Made by a program: the position numbers and the translations under genes. From a bacterium (GTDB taxonomy: Bacteria; UBP14; UBA6098; 4484-93), in NCBI GenBank assembly GCA_021158465.1, contig JAGGUN010000035.1, positions 5,669-69,668 of the forward strand: 64,000 bases of DNA, written 5' to 3'. Numbering within the stretch: position 1 is the stretch's first letter; each line of letters opens with the position of its first letter. Shown piece after piece: positions 55,951 through 64,000 of the stretch. Under the pieces are notes generated by a model. That model did no database searches, was not told the origin of the DNA, and was given only the letters and a program-made list of their open reading frames with translations.

Positions 55951-58900
55951 TCAGGTTGAGACCTGCTCTTTATCTTTCCTTTTGAAACGCTCGAAGACAG
56001 AGTATAGAACAGGGATGAACAGCAGGGTCAGGAATGTCGATGTTATGAGTCCACCGATGACCGAGCGAGCGATTGGTGCGCGGAGTTCTGCTCCCTCGCC
56101 TATACCGGCTGCCATCGGTATCATTGCTATGATGGTTGTGAGTGCCGTCATAAGGACAGGTCGTAGACGGCGTCTACCGCCTGTGATTATCGCTTCTCGG
56201 ATGGGTAGCTTGTCCCGCCTGCGGAGGAGGTTTGTATAGTCAACGAGCAGGATTCCGTTGTTGACCACGATGCCGACCAGAAGCACTATTCCGATGATGG
56301 AAAGGACATTGAGCGATGTGCCTGTCCAGAAGAGCATCCAGAGAGCTCCTATGACAGCGAGCGGAATGGTGAACATTATTATGAACGGGTCCTTCAGTGA
56401 CTCGAAGATGGAAGCCATAATCATATAGACGAGTGTGATGGCAGCGATGAATGCGATCCGGAGCCAGAAGAACGATTCTTTCTGGTCCTTTGCCTGACCG
56501 CCGACGCGGTAGTAGAACCCTTCTGGGAATTTGAGGCGCGCCAGTTCCTTCTCTATGTTAGAGACAACCTTTCCGAGGTCCTGTCCCTTGTGGTTGCAGG
56601 ATACGGTGACCACACGGCTCTGTTCCTTCCGTTTTATGACCGTTGGGCTGGCGGTAACTGTAACATCGGCGATGTTTCCGAGCGATACCATTTTCCCTGC
56701 TAAGCTCTTTATTGGAAACCTTTTTACATCCTCGAGCGTCCTTCGGTCGGGTTCCTCCATCCTCAGGGAGATATCGTATTCGTTCCCGCCGATGCGGAGC
56801 TTGGAGATAGTGCTTCCTCTGGTATAGGTATAGACATCGGATGAGGCGATTGCAACAGGTAACCCGACAGCGCTCGATTTGTGTGGGTCTATATGGATAG
56901 AGTAGTTTGGCTTTGTCCCCTCAATACTGCTCGTTATGTCCACAGCTCCCGGCGTCCTGCGCATAATCGCCTCAACGGAGTCGGCAAGCTCTTTTGCGAT
57001 ATTCTGGTCAAACCCGTATATCTCCACTTCGATACTTGAACCACCGAATGGTCCGCCTTGCATTATCCCTTCTTGGAAATAGATCTTGGCACCTGGGAAG
57101 TTGTCGAGGATAGGTCGAACGGCATTTTCAATCTCTTTCTGGCTGCGTTTGCGCTTACTTGACGGGAGAAGTTTCACAGAGATATCTGCGATGTTATTGT
57201 CGGAGCCGACGCCGACCATTCCACCGCCACCGCTCTGGGAGTATATATTCATAGCCTCTGGGACACTTTCCTGTAGCTTAGGGAACAGCTCGTTGAGATA
57301 GCGGTTCGTCTCCTCTAAGCTCTTGCCCGGGGGAAGTTCCATTCGCATGCTTATAAGGCGAGTGTCCATTGATGGGGTAAATTCCGTTCCGATGAAGCGA
57401 AATGGAAAAACGAGCATAACACTTATCAAAAATAGGAAGACGACGCCGATGGTGAAGGTTGTCCTGTGTGAGAGGCACCACTTAAGCCAGCGTGTGTAAG
57501 TTGTATCGATATAATCGAAGAACCGCTTGAACACTCCAAATAATCCCCTTCCGTTTCCAGTATTCACCTTGACAGGGATAACCCTCGCGGCGAGAAGCGG
57601 AATGAGTGCGAAGGCAACGAAAAGTGATGTAATCAGGGATATTGTAACTGTTAGAGCCAGGTCGTGTGAGAGTATCCCGACAACACCGGGGATAAACATA
57701 ACGGGCACGAATACGGAGAGGGTGGTTAGTGTCGATGCGACAACTGGTGATATTACCTCCTGCGTTCCGGTGAGAGCAGACTCTATTAGCTTTTTCCCGC
57801 CTTCCCTATGTCTGAAGATATTCTCCATAACGACAATAGAGTTATCGACGAGCATTCCGACAGCGAGCGCAAGTCCGCCCATAGACATAAGGTTCATCGT
57901 TATGCCCATTCCGTTCATCACGATGAATGTTGCGATGACCGAAATCGGGATAGCAAGTCCGACAATAATGGTGCTGCGGAAGTTCCGCAGGAATATAAGA
58001 AGCACGAGAATTGCGAGCAGGAACCCCTCAAGCAGGCTGTTTAAGACATTCTTCAAAGCCTTCTCGATGTATTCGGACATATCTATAATTGTTGTAAGCT
58101 TAATACCGGGTGGTAATATTTTTTCAAGCTCCTTCATCTCCTTGCGAACCCTCCGGGCGACCTCAACGGTCACGGCATCGGATTCCTTGGCGATCTGTAT
58201 AACCACACCAGGCTTCCCATCGACGAGTATAGAGGAAACCTCCTCCTTGAATGTGTCTAAAACTGTTGCCACATCCTTCAGCAGAACGGGCGTCCCATCC
58301 TGCAAGACACTGACGGTTGTATTCTTTATCTCATCGACCGAGCTGTATTCTCCGACTGTCCTAACGATGAACTCCATACCTCCCTTTTTCACCGAGCCAC
58401 CCGGCATACTCACATTTGCTGCCTGAACGGCGTTGGTAATCTCTCTCGGAGATATATTATAAGCGATAAGTTTATCCCTGTTGAGGTTTATCTGTATCTC
58501 TCGCTCGAGTCCTCCCCAGACCTCTGCTTGTGCGACACCATCGAGCCTTTCCAGGTGTGGGGCGATCTTTTCGTCGGTGATGTTGCGAAGCTGAAATAGG
58601 TCGTCTCTGCCGGATACTCCTATCACCATAATCGGCATTACCGATGGGTCGAACTTCATTGCAAGCGGCTTGGAGGCATCGGAGGGTAAAAACGCCTCCA
58701 CAAGCCCAAGCTTGTCCCTTACATCCGTCACGGCGGCATCCATATCATAGCCCCAGTTAAACCTGACGAGGGTCATCACCTGACCTTCTCTTATTATCGA
58801 TATAACATCCTTCATACCGCTAACGGTGGATAAAGCACCCTCTATCGGGCGGGCAATGATCTTCTCCACATCCTCCGGACCAACGCCCTGATATGTCGTT

Positions 58901-59043
58901 ATCACCCCGACAACAGGGAAGTTTATGTCTGGGAACAGGTCGATATTCAGATTGATAAGCGAGACCAGCCCCAGGCAAACAATTATAAGGAACACCATTA
59001 TGAAGGTTATTTTTCTGTTTATAGCGATCTTTGTGAGCCACAT
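55951..59043 (-). CDS. RND efflux transporter permease (AcrB/HAE1 family)
   Basis: 1030 aa. Twelve TM segments and two large periplasmic loops. Typical N-terminus. Confidence 0.9.
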   Translation of the reverse strand: MWLTKIAINRKITFIMVFLIIVCLGLVSLINLNIDLFPDINFPVVGVITTYQGVGPEDVEKIIARPIEGALSTVSGMKDVISIIREGQVMTLVRFNWGYDMDAAVTDVRDKLGLVEAFLPSDASKPLAMKFDPSVMPIMVIGVSGRDDLFQLRNITDEKIAPHLERLDGVAQAEVWGGLEREIQINLNRDKLIAYNISPREITNAVQAANVSMPGGSVKKGGMEFIVRTVGEYSSVDEIKNTTVSVLQDGTPVLLKDVATVLDTFKEEVSSILVDGKPGVVIQIAKESDAVTVEVARRVRKEMKELEKILPPGIKLTTIIDMSEYIEKALKNVLNSLLEGFLLAILVLLIFLRNFRSTIIVGLAIPISVIATFIVMNGMGITMNLMSMGGLALAVGMLVDNSIVVMENIFRHREGGKKLIESALTGTQEVISPVVASTLTTLSVFVPVMFIPGVVGILSHDLALTVTISLITSLFVAFALIPLLAARVIPVKVNTGNGRGLFGVFKRFFDYIDTTYTRWLKWCLSHRTTFTIGVVFLFLISVMLVFPFRFIGTEFTPSMDTRLISMRMELPPGKSLEETNRYLNELFPKLQESVPEAMNIYSQSGGGGMVGVGSDNNIADISVKLLPSSKRKRSQKEIENAVRPILDNFPGAKIYFQEGIMQGGPFGGSSIEVEIYGFDQNIAKELADSVEAIMRRTPGAVDITSSIEGTKPNYSIHIDPHKSSAVGLPVAIASSDVYTYTRGSTISKLRIGGNEYDISLRMEEPDRRTLEDVKRFPIKSLAGKMVSLGNIADVTVTASPTVIKRKEQSRVVTVSCNHKGQDLGKVVSNIEKELARLKFPEGFYYRVGGQAKDQKESFFWLRIAFIAAITLVYMIMASIFESLKDPFIIMFTIPLAVIGALWMLFWTGTSLNVLSIIGIVLLVGIVVNNGILLVDYTNLLRRRDKLPIREAIITGGRRRLRPVLMTALTTIIAMIPMAAGIGEGAELRAPIARSVIGGLITSTFLTLLFIPVLYSVFERFKRKDKEQVST

Positions 59044-59057
59044 ATTCTTGTATTCCC

Positions 59058-59954
59058 CTATTCTACGATTTCGACTGTTGCCCCATCGGATAAGTAGTAG
59101 TTTCCTCTGCTTACCACCAGGTCATCTGCAGATACGCCAGAGATGACCTCGACTGAATCCTCGTTTTCCAGTCCGAGCTTAAGCATCTTTTTATGTGCGA
59201 TGTTGTTCTTCACGGTGAATGCATAGATCTCGCCTGTTTCGAGGTTCCTTACAACGGCGTTTTGAGGGAGGATAAGAACATTCTCCTTTGTCACGGTTGG
59301 GAGTGTTACCCTGGCAAACATACCAGGTTTCAGGAGGTAGTCTTTATTTCTCACCATGCATTCTACCTTGACCGAGCGGCTCATCGGGTCGACCACGGGT
59401 GAAATGTTCGTTATCCTCCCTATGAAGACTGTGTCCGGATAGGCGTCCACGCTGATATTTACCTGTTTTACTCCGTGTAGCTCCAAGATCTTCTTCTCTG
59501 GGACGGAGAAGCTTACCTTCACGATATTCATCTTGATCACTGATGCGACAGGAACCTGAGGAGCAACATAGCTGCCAGCGTCGAGGTTCAATTGAGCGAT
59601 TATGCCTGTTATCGGGGATCTTAGCTTTGCTCGCTCATATTTCATTCCAGGGATATCCTTGCTAATGTAGGCTATTACCTCGTCCTTCACTACCAGCTCC
59701 CCCTCGTTGACTAAGAATTTCTCTATCTTCCCTGCCACCTCCGGATATACATTGACCTGCTTGTCTGGCAGAACATTTCCTGTGAAGTGCAGTTGATAGG
59801 AGAATTTCCCTTTCGTGGGATGGACAACCTTTACAGGGATAGCGGCTTTTTCTTCCTTTGCGAGTTTCTCCTTTAAGGAGACCTCCTCATAAACCCTGAA
59901 AGCAGTCAATCCAACGAGGAAGATGAGCAGGAGAACCAGAACTATCCTCTTCAT
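59058..59954 (-). CDS. RND efflux periplasmic adaptor (membrane fusion protein, HlyD family)
   Basis: 298 aa. Signal-anchor, coiled coil, lipoyl/β-barrel domains. Confidence 0.85.
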   Translation of the reverse strand: MKRIVLVLLLIFLVGLTAFRVYEEVSLKEKLAKEEKAAIPVKVVHPTKGKFSYQLHFTGNVLPDKQVNVYPEVAGKIEKFLVNEGELVVKDEVIAYISKDIPGMKYERAKLRSPITGIIAQLNLDAGSYVAPQVPVASVIKMNIVKVSFSVPEKKILELHGVKQVNISVDAYPDTVFIGRITNISPVVDPMSRSVKVECMVRNKDYLLKPGMFARVTLPTVTKENVLILPQNAVVRNLETGEIYAFTVKNNIAHKKMLKLGLENEDSVEVISGVSADDLVVSRGNYYLSDGATVEIVE

Positions 59955-59972
59955 GATTATATTCCTCCGTTT

Positions 59973-61289
59973 TTATTCTTCGTGCATTGCTCTCTTGAGC
60001 TTTGCTATTGCTGTATTGTACTGGACGAGCGCCTGAAGATAGTTTACCTTTGCTTGATTGTTTGCCATTTGTGCATCAGTGTATTCTGTTTGTGAGATGA
60101 GTCCGTTCTTGTACTGTTCCTCTGCGATTCGCAGAGCCTCCTGTGCCTGAGATAGGTTTGCCTCCTGCGATTCCAGAAGCTCCTGTGCCTCCTGGAAACT
60201 GAGGTAAGCCTGTCTTACCTCCAGTTTTATACCCTCACGTGTCTGCTTCATAGCGTAGTCTATTTGTTGGAGCTGTGAGCGAGCGCTCTTTACATCGGCA
60301 ATGCGGGATAACCCATTGAATATGTCGAAATTCAGGATGAGCGATATGTTCCAATCTTTGCCCCATTTGTTCTGTTGCTGGTATGGTTTCTGATAGCTGT
60401 AGGAGAACTGTGTGACAAGCGTTGGCAGGAAGGCTCGCTTTGACATAACGAGCGCGAGGTGCGCCATCTCCCGTCTCTTTTCGAGCGATAGCAGCTCACA
60501 CCTTCTTGAGAGCGCAGACTCTATTGCTTCCTCGAGGGTTATATCCCAATCGGGCTTGCTCAGGCTATCAACGAGTACAAACGGTGTGTCAAGAGGGAGA
60601 CCGAGTAGCAGTTTCAGAGCGTCTTCTGCAAGACGGACACCGTTTTTTGCCCGTATGAGGTTCGGCTGGAAGTTCGCCTTTGCTACCCTTGCACGCAACA
60701 GGTCGAAATGAGACAGCATCCCCGCAGCATAAAGCGATTCCGCCTGCTCAAGATGCTTAAGAAGTTGAGCATAACCATCCTTGGTAACTTCAAGCATATC
60801 GTATGCCCAGAGCAGGTTGTAGTAGGTTTCCTCGACCTGAAGTATAAGGTCTGATTCAGCCTTTTTGTTATCATATTCTGTTGCCTGGAGGTTCAGGCGA
60901 GATAGTTTGTATGAGTTTATTATGTTTCCACCGGCGAAGAGCGGCTGGTTAACAGTTACCGAGTAGTTGTAATTGTTCTGTTCGCCCATTTCTATCTCGA
61001 CGGTTTCCGAGAATGGAAGTCCCATCATCTCGCCCATATCTATTTTCATCTTTGGGACCTCGCCCAGCCTGGTATAGACGCCGGTGAAGCTTGCTTGCGG
61101 GAAGAATGCCGCCCTTGATTTCTCAACCTTCGCCCTTGCCTGCTCAACCGCCTCACCCGATGCAAGCAGTCCAGGGTTCCTACTACGGGCAATAGATTTA
61201 GCTTCCTCGAGCGTGAGCCGAAGCGTGTCCTGAGCGTGAAGCCCTTCAAGGAAAAGCAAGAGCAGGAGCAAAAACAAGAATCTCTTCAT
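59973..61289 (-). CDS. TolC-family outer-membrane efflux channel
   Basis: 438 aa. Signal peptide and duplicated OEP repeats. Confidence 0.85.
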   Translation of the reverse strand: MKRFLFLLLLLLFLEGLHAQDTLRLTLEEAKSIARSRNPGLLASGEAVEQARAKVEKSRAAFFPQASFTGVYTRLGEVPKMKIDMGEMMGLPFSETVEIEMGEQNNYNYSVTVNQPLFAGGNIINSYKLSRLNLQATEYDNKKAESDLILQVEETYYNLLWAYDMLEVTKDGYAQLLKHLEQAESLYAAGMLSHFDLLRARVAKANFQPNLIRAKNGVRLAEDALKLLLGLPLDTPFVLVDSLSKPDWDITLEEAIESALSRRCELLSLEKRREMAHLALVMSKRAFLPTLVTQFSYSYQKPYQQQNKWGKDWNISLILNFDIFNGLSRIADVKSARSQLQQIDYAMKQTREGIKLEVRQAYLSFQEAQELLESQEANLSQAQEALRIAEEQYKNGLISQTEYTDAQMANNQAKVNYLQALVQYNTAIAKLKRAMHEE

Positions 61290-61297
61290 CCCTCACC

Positions 61298-61927
61298 TCA
61301 TTTCTCTACACCATGAAGGATAAACTCATAAACAGGGTTTATGTAGGACTTAATATCTTCATCGGGTTCGAAGTACCACCACCTGACGATTATTCCACGG
61401 ATCACCGAGAGCAGGAATGTCGAGAAGAGATGCGGCTCCATCTCACGAAATATCCCCTCCTCTTTCCCCTCATTGTAGATTCGAGCAAGTAGGGTATGAC
61501 TCCTCTCAAAAGCAGAAAGTATCTTGTCCAAAATACCCTTCGAAAATGCCCGACTTGTTTTCTCATAGAAGAGGTGAGACTCCCTCGACAGAAACGCTGC
61601 CATGTCCTTGTCCTCGATTGCTTCTTCGAAGTTCATCCTTATGTACATAAGTATCTTCTCTTCTGGGAAGGTATCCGATGCCGCTATCTCCTCGAGCTGT
61701 TTGAGCCTATCGGTTATTATCGAGTCCAGAAGCTCGGAGACTAAAGCCTCCTTGCTTGGGAAATAGGAGTAGAGTGTGCTTTTGGCAAAGCCTGATTCCC
61801 TTGCAATCTCGTCCACAGTGACCTCGATTATGCTCCTCTTACCAAAGAGACGCTTGGCGGCATCAAGAATAAGCTTCTTATGAAGCTCCTGTTCCTTTTC
61901 CTTGCGAATCCTTCTTGGCTCTGTCAT
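61298..61927 (-). CDS. TetR/AcrR family transcriptional regulator
   Basis: N-terminal HTH ...TVDEIARESGFAKSTLYSYFPSKEAL. Start placed at ATG 61927 (MTEPRR). The ORF-track extension to 62023 adds a non-homologous hydrophobic leader. Confidence 0.8.
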   Translation of the reverse strand: MTEPRRIRKEKEQELHKKLILDAAKRLFGKRSIIEVTVDEIARESGFAKSTLYSYFPSKEALVSELLDSIITDRLKQLEEIAASDTFPEEKILMYIRMNFEEAIEDKDMAAFLSRESHLFYEKTSRAFSKGILDKILSAFERSHTLLARIYNEGKEEGIFREMEPHLFSTFLLSVIRGIIVRWWYFEPDEDIKSYINPVYEFILHGVEK

Positions 61928-62030
61928 AAAAACTCCTTCGTTTGATAATCGAACTTTGAAGTTTAAAATATATACGAGGGAGTTTTTGTCAAGTAGTTTT
62001 TTGATTTTTTTGAGGAATACCAAAAATATC

Positions 62031-62058
62031 TTGACGGTATGATAAAAAACATTATATT
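62031..62058 (+). promoter_or_regulatory. putative sigma-70 promoter of the SRP RNA (TTGACG, 16-nt spacer, TATATT)
   Basis: TTGACG at 62031-62036 and TATATT at 62053-62058, about 25 nt upstream of the SRP RNA 5' helix. Confidence 0.4.
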
Positions 62059-62081
62059 CTGGAGAAATGTTCTTTGGAAAG

Positions 62082-62354
62082 TTGCCGTGCTAGGCGGGGA
62101 GGTAGCGGTTCCCTTTACCCGAAATCCGCTTTATGCGGGGCTGAACTCCCACAGGAGGGGATAGTTCGGTGAGATAAAGGGTTCTCTGGTATGTTGAGGT
62201 CTGGACCCCGCGCGACGGCAGCTCTCGAACCCCGTCAGGTCCGGAAGGAAGCAGCGGTAAGGGATGTTCTGTTCGTGCGCCGCGGGACTATCTGGGCTGA
62301 GTATCGGAGGATACCTGCTCGTCGGAGGATTCCTCGATTGTGGGTGCACGGCGT
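62082..62354 (+). ncRNA. ffs: signal recognition particle RNA, long (Bacillus-type, Alu-domain-containing) form
   Basis: Domain IV motif GTCAGGTCCGGAAGGAAGCAGCGGTAAGG at about 62258-62290. The 5' GCCGTGCTAGGCGGGGAGGTAGCGGTTCCC (Alu domain) pairs with the 3' GCACGGC. About 270 nt. Confidence 0.85.
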
Positions 62355-62372
62355 GATCTTTAGAAGGGTAAG

Positions 62373-63509
62373 ATGGGGCATATATACACACCTGGTTTGA
62401 AGGTCACGGAGTTTTACCGGATAAGGAAGAAGCGCCTTCTTCCGCTTAAGGGTAAGACGCTTGTTCAGGTCGGGGATATGGTCGGTCCTGATGATATTGT
62501 GGCTAAGGCTGACCTTCCTGGCAGAGCGGAGCCTGTGAATGTGGCGAACCTGCTTGGGATACCTCCAGCGGAGCTTCCCTTGTTTATGAAGTATAAGGAG
62601 GGTGATGCTGTTGAGAAGGGGGCGATAATAGCGGAGAGCAAGGGGTTTTTGGGGTTGTTCAAGACACAGATTCGTTCTCCATTAAAGGGTACTATTGAAA
62701 ATATCTCCGCGGTCACGGGGCAGGTGCTTGTCAGAAGTGAGCCGATTCCTGTGGAGGTAAAGGCTTACATTAGGGGAAAGGTGGTTGAGGTTCTTCCGGA
62801 AGAGGGTGCTGTTATTGAGGCTGTTGGACCATTCATTCAGGGGATATTTGGCATTGGTGGTGAGCGGCACGGCAGGATAACGGTGGTTGTTTCCTCCCCT
62901 GAGGAGGTTCTTGATGAGAGCAAGATCCGCCCGGAGCATCAGGGGGGAGTGCTTGTTGGTGGGTCAATGATTACTGCTTCTGCTATGCGGAAGGCTGAGG
63001 AATACGGCGTAGCGGGCATTGTGGTAGGCGGTATTGATGATAGGGACCTACGGGATTTCATCGGCTATGACATCGGGGTTGCAATCACTGGGGATGAGGA
63101 TGTGAATACAACTCTCATCATCTCGGAGGGGTTTGGCAAGATGCCGATAGCAGAGAGGACATTTACCCTCCTAAGGAAGTATGAGGGTAAGGATGCCTCC
63201 GTTAGCGGAGCTACGCAGATAAGAGCAGGGGTTATCCGACCGGAGGTTGTCATTCCGTTGGAGGATGTGCCGGAGGAGAAGCTAAAAGAGATAGAGAAGA
63301 GGTCGGAGGAATTGCCTGTATTGAGTGTAGGGAGCTTGATGAGGGTGATCAGGGTGCCGTACTTTGGGAAGATCGGTAAGGTTGTTGCACTGCCGCCGGA
63401 GCTGGAGAAGCTTGAGAGCGAGACATCGGCAAGGGTGCTTGAGATTGAGTTTCTTGATGGCACCAGAGCGATTGTCCCGAGGGCGAATGTGGAGATTATT
63501 GAGGAATAA
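62373..63509 (+). CDS. conserved hypothetical protein with a possible barrel-sandwich-hybrid N-terminal domain
   Basis: 378 aa, glycine-rich and Glu/Val-rich. No signal peptide. No family recognised from sequence alone. Confidence 0.5.
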   Translation: MGHIYTPGLKVTEFYRIRKKRLLPLKGKTLVQVGDMVGPDDIVAKADLPGRAEPVNVANLLGIPPAELPLFMKYKEGDAVEKGAIIAESKGFLGLFKTQIRSPLKGTIENISAVTGQVLVRSEPIPVEVKAYIRGKVVEVLPEEGAVIEAVGPFIQGIFGIGGERHGRITVVVSSPEEVLDESKIRPEHQGGVLVGGSMITASAMRKAEEYGVAGIVVGGIDDRDLRDFIGYDIGVAITGDEDVNTTLIISEGFGKMPIAERTFTLLRKYEGKDASVSGATQIRAGVIRPEVVIPLEDVPEEKLKEIEKRSEELPVLSVGSLMRVIRVPYFGKIGKVVALPPELEKLESETSARVLEIEFLDGTRAIVPRANVEIIEE

Positions 63510-63523
63510 TGTGAAGGGGATAA

Positions 63524-64000
63524 TATGAAAGCAAGAGCTATTTTGGGTGCATTAGCACTGTTTTTTCTTTCCTGTGGAGGTGGTCCACCACGGGCACCGT
63601 TTGAGGTTATAGTTGAAGATTATCCGAACGATGCCGGACGCTCGGCTATTGTCAAGTGGGAGCATTTTGCTGGGAACGGTGTGAAGGCATACAAGATTAT
63701 GCGCGGGACCACTCCAGACAATATGAGGGAGATATCTCAGATAAGCGTTGAGATACCGGCAACAAGAGACAAGTATGTTCCACCGGATACAACGGATTTC
63801 GTCGGTAAGTTTGGTTACTATCTTGTGCTTGAGGGAGAGAAGGAGCCGTTCACTGCTCATTTGGTAAGGGTGACTCCGGAGACGGAAGATTCTCTGAGGA
63901 AGATTGGCAAGAGGATAGAGAAGATTGAGACGGAGATAAAGGGTTACAATGAGGGGGTCAAGAAGACCATAATTGCTTACGGGAATTTTTATAAGCTCTA
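63524..64000 (+). CDS. hypothetical lipoprotein, 5' part; continues past the window end
   Basis: MKARAILGALALFFLSCGGG lipobox. The ORF is open to the window edge. Confidence 0.5.

Noticed and set aside
57527-58426. 299-aa ORF antisense to the RND permease
   Set aside because: Shadow ORF inside acrB-like gene. Ser/Thr-rich and low-complexity.
61928-62023. 5' extension of the TetR ORF (start 62023)
   Set aside because: TetR HTH proteins start close to the HTH. MTEPRRIRKEKEQ... at 61927 is the natural start. The extension encodes a hydrophobic leader atypical for TetR.
62131-62400. ORFs 62131-62391 (-) and 62191-62400 (+)
   Set aside because: They overlap the SRP RNA gene, which has the conserved domain IV motif and a paired-ends structure. 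A non-coding RNA explains the region better.
1-64000. CRISPR arrays, transposases, integrases, phage or toxin-antitoxin modules
   Set aside because: No short regularly spaced direct repeats were found. No DDE or serine/tyrosine recombinase-like ORFs were found. The only extensive repeats are the in-frame coding repeats of the giant gene. tRNA-Val is not flanked by an integrase or attachment-site duplication.

Overview
This 64 kb window is a gene-dense, non-mobile chromosomal segment of about 50 % GC. The gene content points to an uncultivated, anaerobe-like, diderm bacterium that uses a type IX secretion system (T9SS). The basis for that reading is six proteins ending in T9SS C-terminal sorting domains, a pyruvate phosphate dikinase, type IV pilus motor genes and a long SRP RNA. 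Features in order, with a gene symbol where one is recognisable:
- 3' end of an upstream T9SS cargo gene, with its terminator
- pyruvate phosphate dikinase (ppdK)
- a translationally coupled M42 peptidase–TldD–PmbA (tldD, pmbA) module
- dephospho-CoA kinase (coaE)
- a co-directional minus-strand string (27889→6752) of 772-aa T9SS cargo → UPF0173 metallo-beta-lactamase (MBL) fold hydrolase → metG → HExxH protease → pilB → pilT → pilC → PilS-like sensor kinase → 2710-aa repeat protein → coaE
- further T9SS cargos: a C25 (gingipain-like) peptidase with an FG-GAP β-propeller, and an Omp28-like protein
- an overlapping methyltransferase–glycosyltransferase pair between two cargo genes
- threonine catabolism genes tdh and kbl
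- an exopolysaccharide export locus (TPR/β-barrel protein, Wza-like, Wzz-like, a WbpB-like Gfo/Idh/MocA oxidoreductase, a hexapeptide acetyltransferase)
- comEA
- a glycine-cleavage operon gcvH–gcvPA–(lipoprotein)–gcvPB that lacks gcvT
- the conserved thrS–infC–rpmI–rplT–pheS–pheT cluster, preceded by tRNA-Val(GAC)
- a TetR-regulated RND efflux operon (TolC–MFP–AcrB)
- a long-form (Alu-domain) SRP RNA (ffs) with a sigma-70-like promoter
- two hypothetical genes at the 3' end

No CRISPR array, transposase, integrase or phage gene was found.

The most unusual signals:
- A pilB–pilT–pilC operon that continues, with only a 1-nt gap, into an orphan PilS-like kinase and a giant protein. That protein is built from about ten tandem copies of an apparently undescribed two-domain repeat and ends in a T9SS type B sorting domain.
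- A copy of the same repeat family in a second cargo.
- Likely AUU/AUA starts for thrS and infC. The ORF track truncates thrS.
- An SRP RNA that the ORF track covers with spurious ORFs.
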